64,000 bases of DNA from a bacterium (GTDB taxonomy: Bacteria; Elusimicrobiota; Elusimicrobia; Elusimicrobiales; UBA9959): contig JAJYJH010000010.1 of assembly GCA_021789695.1 (NCBI GenBank), positions 6,240 through 70,239 of the forward strand. Direction: 5' to 3'. Shown piece after piece: positions 57,347 through 64,000 of this stretch. The position numbers and the translations under genes are program-made. Every line of letters begins with the position of its first letter. Position 1 is the first letter of the stretch. The notes under the pieces were generated by a model. It saw nothing but the letters and a program-made list of their open reading frames with translations, searched no databases and was not told where the DNA came from.

Positions 57347-58186
57347 TCAGATTCTCCTGTAGTCCTTCCAGGCCCTGAAGAGGGCCCTCAGCTTCTCCGC
57401 GCGGCTCAGGCGGGTACGCCCCCCCTTAACGCGGAAACCGCCTCTCTCCATCTTCTCCAGCAGTTCGCGGTAGATTGCCCCCATCACCAGCGCCGGCACC
57501 AGGCGGCGTTTCCGCCCCGGCGCGGCCGCGGCTAGCGCCCCGTCGTAAAAAACGCGGGCCCTAGCCGCCTCGAATTTCATCAATTCTATAAAATTGAGCG
57601 TATAATTGGAACCGGAGAGGTCGCTCTCGTGGCAGCCGAAGCGTTCCAGGTCCTCCCGCGGCAGATAGATGCGTCCGGCGGCCCGGTCCTCGGCCACGTC
57701 CCGCAGAATGTTGGTCAGTTGTACGGCGTAGCCGAGCTTCTCGGCTAGTTCCGGGGCGCGGGCGTCGTCGTAACGGAAGATGGCCAGACAGGCCAGCCCC
57801 ACCGCCGAGGCCACGCGGTACATATAGCGCTCCAAGTCGGAGAACGAGCGGAACGGGAGGGGCGAAACGTCCATGCCGACGCCCTCAAGCACGAGCAGAA
57901 AATGCTCTCTCTTCAGCGGGAAAGCCGCTATAGCCCGCGAAAGTTCGCTGGCCAGCGGCGAGTCCGGCGGCTTTCCGGAGAAAAGCTCCTCCACGCCGCA
58001 GCGCCAGGCCTCCAGCCGAAGGCGTTTCTCTTCTGGCGGAGAGGCCGGGTTGTCGGCTATATCGTCGGCCGCCCGGGCAAAGCCGTAATAGGCAGAAAGC
58101 GCCTCCCGCTGGGCCGTGTCCAGAAAGAAGAAAGCGGGCCTGAAGGAAGAGCCCGCTTCATAGGGACGTTCGTTTCCACGCGGCAA
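57347..58186 (-). CDS. squalene/phytoene synthase family protein (HpnD-like presqualene diphosphate synthase)
   Basis: SSFRPAFFFL...YGFARAADDIADN and NILRDVAEDRAAGRIYLP Asp-rich motifs. Confidence 0.78.
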   Translation of the reverse strand: MPRGNERPYEAGSSFRPAFFFLDTAQREALSAYYGFARAADDIADNPASPPEEKRLRLEAWRCGVEELFSGKPPDSPLASELSRAIAAFPLKREHFLLVLEGVGMDVSPLPFRSFSDLERYMYRVASAVGLACLAIFRYDDARAPELAEKLGYAVQLTNILRDVAEDRAAGRIYLPREDLERFGCHESDLSGSNYTLNFIELMKFEAARARVFYDGALAAAAPGRKRRLVPALVMGAIYRELLEKMERGGFRVKGGRTRLSRAEKLRALFRAWKDYRRI

Positions 58187-58196
58187 GGGCGCTCCT

Positions 58197-59558
58197 TTAC
58201 CTGTCCGGGATTCCGTCCAGGTAGTTCATGAAGGTTTGCCAGCCGGAATCCCTGGCGAATCGTAGCTTGGAATAGGTGGGGTAATAGTCTATAAGGTCTC
58301 CCGGCTTGCCCGGTATGTCTACCGAGATGCCGTGGGTCCTGGAGTACTCCTTGCCGGTGCGGTCCTTCCCGACCCAGACTGTCCTTATCACCAGCTCGTC
58401 GGAGATGTACCTCTCCAGCGCCCGGCCGGCTGCCAGGGCCGCCGCGGCGCCGGGGCGGGTCCGGTCCGCGTACCTGCCGAAAAGCTCCGTCAGGTCATAG
58501 AGGTCTCCGTAAAAGGAAATGCGCTTGTCCGGGTCGGTCTTCTCGTCGCCCACCTCGAAGCGCAGCACCTCGGCCTTCGCCTTGGCCATAGCCTCCCTGT
58601 CGTCGTCCTTCATGGCCAGCGTGTACCAGTCCCTGGCCCTGGAGGCCAGGCCGAGTACCCGGTCCGCGCGTATGGCCGAAAGCTGGGTGCCGTACTTGCC
58701 GTCCGCCAGCAGCTGTTGGTATTCCGGGCGGGAATACATATCGTGGAATGCGTCGGCCATCAGCGCGCCGGCCCGTTCCGGACCCATGGCCGGATCGGCC
58801 TCCAGGCCGCCCAGGAAGCCCTCCCAGTTGAGGCTGGGCAATTGTATGACCTCCTCGGAACCGACAATGACGCGCGCGGCGTCCCTGAGCTGGTCGGCGA
58901 CCTCGGCCATCTGCATGAAGCAGGCCATGGAAACGTACATGTCCACCCTGCCTCCCTCCTCGAAGACCTTCCCGAGGTCCAGCGTGGAGATGTAGTGCCC
59001 GGTGGTGAAGTCGTGCGAGATGGAGCGCAGTTGTCCCGCTCCGTGCCCGCCGCCGAAGGACTTGGGATCTATCCAGCCCCAGCCGTGGTCCCAGATCACG
59101 AAGAGATATTTCTTGGCCGGGTATTCCTCCCTGGCCCATTTAAGGAAAGCCGCGGCCTGGCGCCAGTCGCCCATATCGACGTTCCCAAGGTCGGCCAGCA
59201 TGGGCGAGGCGATATGCGCCGGGTCGGTATCCCTGGTCACGTAGTAGCGGCGCACCCCGGTCCAGTCCCCGTCGGCCGTGGTATCGTTCTCAAGTCCCCT
59301 GGAGCGGCCTATTTCGGCCACTATCGCCACCTTGCCATCCGAGCCGACGGTCTCTAAGCGGTTCAGGTCGGAGAGCGCGTACGGCTCTATGTTGCTCTTG
59401 CCGTTCATATAAACCATGACGGTCCACTCGCGCAGCCCGGGGGCCGAAACCGCAGGCGGCGTCGGCGCGCCGGCGGGAGCCTGGAGCGAAAGAGAGTCCA
59501 TGGCAGGCGAAGCGTGCGCGGCCGTTAGCAGCAGAGGGGCTAGCAGTGACAGTATCAT
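58197..59558 (-). CDS. clostripain-family (C11) cysteine peptidase, secreted
   Basis: WTVMVYMNGKSNIE..., a His motif VIWDHGWGW and a Cys motif SMACFMQMAEVA. GGAGAG lies upstream of ATG 59558, and a signal peptide follows. Confidence 0.72.
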   Translation of the reverse strand: MILSLLAPLLLTAAHASPAMDSLSLQAPAGAPTPPAVSAPGLREWTVMVYMNGKSNIEPYALSDLNRLETVGSDGKVAIVAEIGRSRGLENDTTADGDWTGVRRYYVTRDTDPAHIASPMLADLGNVDMGDWRQAAAFLKWAREEYPAKKYLFVIWDHGWGWIDPKSFGGGHGAGQLRSISHDFTTGHYISTLDLGKVFEEGGRVDMYVSMACFMQMAEVADQLRDAARVIVGSEEVIQLPSLNWEGFLGGLEADPAMGPERAGALMADAFHDMYSRPEYQQLLADGKYGTQLSAIRADRVLGLASRARDWYTLAMKDDDREAMAKAKAEVLRFEVGDEKTDPDKRISFYGDLYDLTELFGRYADRTRPGAAAALAAGRALERYISDELVIRTVWVGKDRTGKEYSRTHGISVDIPGKPGDLIDYYPTYSKLRFARDSGWQTFMNYLDGIPDR

Positions 59559-59631
59559 TTTCTCTCCGTATCGTTGTCGAGCGCTATGCAAATTATCCCC
59601 AAAAATAACGCGCGATACAAGGCCTAAGGGC

Positions 59632-62001
59632 CTAGGCGCCTCCGGGACCGTGCATCCTCAACTTATCCTCCGCCAGCGCGTCGTAGTAGGCGCCGAGGTC
59701 GCCGGCGTTGGCGGCTGTCTTGTATATCTTGCCCAGCGGGAAGACGAAGGTGCCCGAGGGCAGTCTCATGGACCAGCCGCCGTCCTCGCCGTCGGCGTTG
59801 TACCAGGCGGCCTTGAAGTCTTTGGCCAACAGGGACGCCAGAATATGGCCGTAGCAACGCAGCAACTTCCAGCCGTCCGCGGTGGGGGGGATGCCTGGCC
59901 TGAAATTATTCTTTATCGCCTTCTCTATCTTCGCCAGCCCGCTGCGGCTCAGTTCTATGTGCGAGGTTTCGCTCAGCGAGGAGACCAGCACCATAATGCG
60001 GCGATGTTCCGTCTGGGCGTCCGTCAGCCTTTCCTGGTGGCTCATGACCTTCGCCCTCACCGCCTGGGCTCCGCCCTGCGGCAGGGAGGGCTCCTTCAAT
60101 CTGTCTCCCACCCAGTCGGCGTATTTTGAAAGCCAGCCGGGCTCCGGGACCGTTTCCTCCCAGAGCAGCCGCCAGACCCGCACTATCGGGTAGGTGGTGA
60201 GCTTGCGGTCGGGCAGTTCAAAGACCATGGGCCAGCCCCAGGGATCGAAGTCCGACAGTTTCAGCAGGCGGCCCTTGAGCCTTTCCTGCAGGAAATAGCA
60301 GAGGAAAGCCGCGCAGTCGCGCACTGTCTCTATGTTGCCCTGGGGATTGTCCCTGTCCTTTATGAACCTGAGGCGAAGCTTGCGCTCCACCTCGCTCAAC
60401 CCGGAGATGTTGAAATATATTTTGCGGCCCAGCTCGTCCTCCAGGTCGGAGGCCAGACGGAAGGCGCGCGAGATAAAATCGTCCCTGCGGCTTTCCTCCT
60501 CGGTGGGGACGGCCGCGGCGGCCATTACGTCGCGCAGGGTTTCCACCTGCATAGGCCGGGGAGGTTCCGGGGTGGCCGCCGCCTCCGGGCCAGGGGCCGG
60601 CAGATTGCCGGGAGATGAGGCGTCGCGCGGCTGTGCCGGCGCGAGCGCGACCTGTTCGGCGGCCGGCCGCGGCGGTTCCGGAGCGGGTGTTATGAACTTG
60701 AAGCCGGCCGACATGGCGTCGAGTCCGGGCTGGCTCCGTTCCAACTGCCCGGACTTCTCCGGCGGCGCCGGAACTTCCGGAGCCGGGCGGCTCGGCGCAG
60801 GGGAAGGCTCCGGCTCGGCGCGGGAGAATAGCGCTGCCGCCTTCTCCTTGGGGAACTCGGAGGCCAGGCGCCCGGCAGAGGCCGGGTCCGTAAGCGCAAC
60901 TTTTGCCGTGACCGCCGCCGCCTCCTCATGCCTGCCTTCCCGAAGGAGCGCCAGCGCTAGATTGGCCAGCGACTGGACCGAGGGCGTGAGCCCCGCGGAA
61001 CTCCTGTAGCAGACCTCCGCCTGCGCGGCGTCTCCGGAGCGGAAGTAAAGATTGCCCAGCTGGAAGAGGACGCGCCCTGAGAACGGCGAGGGGGAGATCA
61101 GGGCCGACCTTAGCGCGGAAACGGCGGCCGACAGCATATTCTTGTCCTTGGTGGTGAAACCCGCCCTGGCCAGCGCCGAGCCCAGCCCGAAGAGCGGCTC
61201 TGTCTTGTCGAAGGCCGAGGCCGATAGGCGCTGGAAGTCGTTCCTGGCCTTCTCGTACCTGCCTTCCTCCAGGTCCAGCCAGGCGGTTTCCAGCGTCCTG
61301 CGCTCCTCGTACCGGTTTTCCCCTGCCAGCCCTGAGAGAATGGCCGCGGCCTCCGCCGTGTTGCCTGTCCGGCGTTGTATGGCCGCCATCAGCAGGCGGG
61401 CCTCGGGATCGTTATCTGACTTGAGCAGGTCGTAGGCTTCCTGCAGGAGACCCAGCTCGAGCATAGCCGAGCACATCGGGAACCTGGCGCGCGAGGCGGG
61501 ATTGCGAGCATGGAGCTTCGCGTAGAGATAATGCGCCTCGTGCAGCCTGCCGGCAGAAAGCGCTTCTTCGGCCGAGGCGCTTTCTGCCGCCGGCCCAGTC
61601 CCCAGGAAGCCGGCCAGCAGCGAGACCTGCAGACGGGAGGCCTTCAGGGCGGCGCAGGGCGGCCTCGCCTGAGGATGAGAGGCGGGATTGAAGAGGAACA
61701 GCTCGTGGGACGGAGCGTGGAAGAACAGGAGCGCCGCTTCCAGCAGGGGCTGCCTGACGAACGGCGGTGTCAGCAGGGACTCGCTGGTGAAGACCGCCAG
61801 CGCCGGCTGGTCCTCCTCCTTCATGTCGGCCAGCGTATAGAGCGGCACTGGCCCGGAGGCGTGCAGGCGCACCGGCAGGGCCGCGGACGCGACTCTGGAG
61901 AATAACGGGAGCGCCTCCGCGAAAGCGCCGTGGGCGTCCTCGAAAATGTTAGAATCTAAAACGTCCGCCACAGCGGATATTCTATTATATTTTTTTGTCA
62001 T
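59632..62001 (-). CDS. large TPR-repeat protein with Pro-rich linker and unassigned C-terminal domain
   Basis: 790 aa from ATG 62001 (MTKKYNRISAV...). The longer track ORF overlaps rdgB and was trimmed. TPR-like repeats occupy the central region. Confidence 0.62.
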   Translation of the reverse strand: MTKKYNRISAVADVLDSNIFEDAHGAFAEALPLFSRVASAALPVRLHASGPVPLYTLADMKEEDQPALAVFTSESLLTPPFVRQPLLEAALLFFHAPSHELFLFNPASHPQARPPCAALKASRLQVSLLAGFLGTGPAAESASAEEALSAGRLHEAHYLYAKLHARNPASRARFPMCSAMLELGLLQEAYDLLKSDNDPEARLLMAAIQRRTGNTAEAAAILSGLAGENRYEERRTLETAWLDLEEGRYEKARNDFQRLSASAFDKTEPLFGLGSALARAGFTTKDKNMLSAAVSALRSALISPSPFSGRVLFQLGNLYFRSGDAAQAEVCYRSSAGLTPSVQSLANLALALLREGRHEEAAAVTAKVALTDPASAGRLASEFPKEKAAALFSRAEPEPSPAPSRPAPEVPAPPEKSGQLERSQPGLDAMSAGFKFITPAPEPPRPAAEQVALAPAQPRDASSPGNLPAPGPEAAATPEPPRPMQVETLRDVMAAAAVPTEEESRRDDFISRAFRLASDLEDELGRKIYFNISGLSEVERKLRLRFIKDRDNPQGNIETVRDCAAFLCYFLQERLKGRLLKLSDFDPWGWPMVFELPDRKLTTYPIVRVWRLLWEETVPEPGWLSKYADWVGDRLKEPSLPQGGAQAVRAKVMSHQERLTDAQTEHRRIMVLVSSLSETSHIELSRSGLAKIEKAIKNNFRPGIPPTADGWKLLRCYGHILASLLAKDFKAAWYNADGEDGGWSMRLPSGTFVFPLGKIYKTAANAGDLGAYYDALAEDKLRMHGPGGA

Positions 62002-62019
62002 TTTTAACGCCGGCCTAAA

Positions 62020-62625
62020 ATGGAAAGAACTCTTGTCGTTGCCACCTTCAATCGCCATAAGCTGGAGGAAATACGGGCCATCCTCCCGGAACTGCCCTTC
62101 GCTCTTAAGGCCCTTTCTGATTTCCATGGCGCTGAGCCTCCAGAGGAGGACGGCGAGACGCTGCTGGATAACGCGCTCAAGAAGGCGCTGGCGGCGGCCC
62201 GCTTCACCGGGCTCTGCGCCATCGCCGACGACACCGGCCTGGAGGTCGACGCCTTGGGCGGGGCTCCCGGGGTTCGCTCGGCGAGGTACGCGGGGGAAAA
62301 GGCCTCTTACCGCGAGAACAACGCCCTGCTGCTCTCCTGCCTTGCCGGGGTGCCGCCCGGGAGGCGCTCGGCCCGTTTCGTCTGCGTCACCGCGCTGGCC
62401 GCCGCCTCGGGGCGGGTGCTGACCTCCCGCGGCGTGCTGGAAGGCGCAATCGCGACAGAGGCTTCCGGCTCCAACGGCTTCGGCTACGATCCGCTCTTCC
62501 TGATAGGGACGGGCCGGGTTACGCTGGCCTCCCTGTCCGAAGGGCAGAAGAACGCCGTGAGCCACCGCGCGCTCGCGCTCAGAGGGCTGTTGCCCGAACT
62601 GCTGCACATTTTCCCCGGAGGTTAG
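62020..62625 (+). CDS. rdgB: non-canonical purine NTP pyrophosphatase (RdgB/HAM1 family)
   Basis: VVATFNRHKLEE...ADDTGLEVDALGGAPGVRSARYAG...GFGYDPLF...SHRALAL. Confidence 0.9.
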   Translation: MERTLVVATFNRHKLEEIRAILPELPFALKALSDFHGAEPPEEDGETLLDNALKKALAAARFTGLCAIADDTGLEVDALGGAPGVRSARYAGEKASYRENNALLLSCLAGVPPGRRSARFVCVTALAAASGRVLTSRGVLEGAIATEASGSNGFGYDPLFLIGTGRVTLASLSEGQKNAVSHRALALRGLLPELLHIFPGG

Positions 62626-62660
62626 CCCCGTTCCGTCCTTCTTCCGGCCGCCGGCATATC

Positions 62661-62669
62661 TGCTATAAT
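62661..62669 (+). promoter_or_regulatory. extended -10 promoter element (TGcTATAAT)
   Basis: The TATAAT at 62664-62669 ends 15 nt upstream of the sensor gene ATG. No convincing -35 or SD was seen. Confidence 0.4.
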
Positions 62670-62684
62670 CATAAATTACAACTT

Positions 62685-64000
62685 ATGCGCTTCCGCCTGC
62701 TGCATAAATTCATCGCGGTAATGGCACTGGTCTCGGTGCTGCCCATGGCCTTGCTCGGTCTGCGCCTTATCAACCTGGGGCAGGTCGGAGTGTCCACGGT
62801 AATCATGGAGCTTAACCTCACCACCGCGGACAAGATCTCCTCCAATTTCAATTCCTATGTGGACAGCGCCGACGCGGCCCTGCGCTCGGCCGTGAGGGCC
62901 ATGTCCGGTCTGGACTGGGACGCCAAACGCGTCATGCTCACCTCGCTGCTGGAGACGCGCCCGGAAATAACGCAGATATCGGCTCTCGGCCCGGACGGCA
63001 GAGAGGTCGTTAAGTTCCTTGCGCCGGACAGCAAGGTGAATCCTGCCCTTACGCAGTACGCGCGGGACAAGGGCTTCCTGTCCGCCAGCGCCGGCAAGCC
63101 TGGCGAGTACCTGGACGGGGCGAGGAAGACAGTGGTCTTCTATTACCCGTTCTCCAACGGCATGGCCATCCGCGCGGAACTGGACCTCCGTACTTTCCTC
63201 GACGGCCTGGACCTCAGGCGGATAGGAGCGGAAGGGATCCCGGTGATACTGGACCAATCCGGCAAGCCGGTGGCCTGGCCTGCCGACGTGCCCGCTTCCA
63301 AGGCGGAGGAAGCCGCGGCCTGGGACATCTCCTCGGATGCAGTGCAGGCGCTGTCCGACGGCTCGCGCGAGTTCAAGGACGCCTCGGGGCGCGACATGCT
63401 CGGCGCCTACTCGCCGATAAAGGTAGGCGGCGCGGTCGTGGTCGGCCAGCCGCTCGAAGGGGCGTTCAAATACGCCATGTTCATGAAGCGGCAGGCCGTT
63501 TACGTCATGGTCCTTTTCCTGCTGTTGGCGGCGGCCGCGGGCTGGTTCATGAGCCGCAGCCTCTCCAAGCCGATAATCGAACTTACCCGCGTGGCGGAGT
63601 TCGTCGCCGGTGGGGACTTCACCAAAAAGGCCGTGGTTAACACCTCCGACGAGCTCCGAGACCTGGCCGACACCTTCAACAACATGACCGCCCAGCTGAA
63701 GGCCTATTCGGACATGCAGGTGGACCGCATTATCCGCGAGCAGAAGAACACCGAGGCCATCCTGTTCTCCACCGAGGACGGCATCATGATGGCGGATATG
63801 GCCGGCAAGGTGCAGGTGGCCAACCGCAAGGCGCGCTCGGTGCTCGGCATCGGCCAGGACGACCCCGTGGAGGGGAAGCTGCTGGAAAGCCTCATCGTCT
63901 CCGAGGCGGTGAAGGAGGCGGTGCTGGACGTCTTCGGCAGCTCCGGGGAGAACTACTCCAGGGAGATTCAGCTGAAGCAGGAGAGCATGGAACGGTTCTT
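62685..64000 (+). CDS. membrane sensor protein with periplasmic domain, HAMP and PAS (probable histidine kinase; 3' end outside window)
   Basis: ATG 62685, with the frame open to the window end. TM1 FIAVMALVSVLPMALLGL, a ~250-aa extracytoplasmic region, TM2 VYVMVLFLLLAAAAGWF, HAMP (PIIELTRVAEFVAGGDF...SDELRDLADTFNNMTAQL), then a PAS-like segment. Confidence 0.75.
   Translation, partial: MRFRLLHKFIAVMALVSVLPMALLGLRLINLGQVGVSTVIMELNLTTADKISSNFNSYVDSADAALRSAVRAMSGLDWDAKRVMLTSLLETRPEITQISALGPDGREVVKFLAPDSKVNPALTQYARDKGFLSASAGKPGEYLDGARKTVVFYYPFSNGMAIRAELDLRTFLDGLDLRRIGAEGIPVILDQSGKPVAWPADVPASKAEEAAAWDISSDAVQALSDGSREFKDASGRDMLGAYSPIKVGGAVVVGQPLEGAFKYAMFMKRQAVYVMVLFLLLAAAAGWFMSRSLSKPIIELTRVAEFVAGGDFTKKAVVNTSDELRDLADTFNNMTAQLKAYSDMQVDRIIREQKNTEAILFSTEDGIMMADMAGKVQVANRKARSVLGIGQDDPVEGKLLESLIVSEAVKEAVLDVFGSSGENYSREIQLKQESMERF

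Noticed and set aside
59632-62607. 991-aa ORF extending over rdgB.
   Set aside because: The part above 62001 is antisense to a clearly conserved RdgB/HAM1 gene and is low-complexity. It was trimmed to the ATG at 62001.
1-64000. Search for CRISPR arrays, tRNA/rRNA genes, IS elements, integrases and long tandem repeats.
   Set aside because: None were recognised by eye in intergenic regions or the ORF track. The only clear repeat is the 66-bp CDF-derived pair. A computational scan (tRNAscan, Rfam, repeat finder) is still needed to exclude small features.

Overview
High-GC bacterial chromosomal segment, about 62-68% G+C in spot counts. Taxon is not determinable from sequence alone. It is densely coding, and I saw no rRNA, tRNA, CRISPR array, transposase or integrase. 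Conserved housekeeping blocks are rplU-rpmA-obg, HIT-rpsU-dnaG-rpoD, rplM-rpsI, cysE-cysK, dcd and rdgB. Between about 6.4 and 29.5 kb lies a mosaic metal(loid)-handling neighbourhood. It contains a decayed arsR/ArsP-type permease locus and a TetR-controlled TolC-MFP-RND efflux operon. It also has a truncated flavoprotein gene, a low-GC chrA island bounded by a 66-bp direct repeat of the 5' end of a CDF transporter gene, and a P3A-like P-type ATPase. The most notable element is the mercury-methylation pair hgcA-hgcB. It is divergently joined, through a palindrome-bearing 70-bp region, to an arsR / Cys-rich HesB-like / arsC / acr3 operon. Other points worth a second look: a 6-phosphofructokinase gene interrupted by one in-frame TAA; a phosphatase operon where a canonical UshA-type 5'-nucleotidase is followed by two paralogs with degenerate catalytic motifs; a clostripain (C11) peptidase between two large TPR proteins; and several secreted proteins I could not assign to a family. 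Many long antisense ORFs in the track are GC-driven shadows and were rejected. All similarity calls come from reading motifs by eye; no database search was run.
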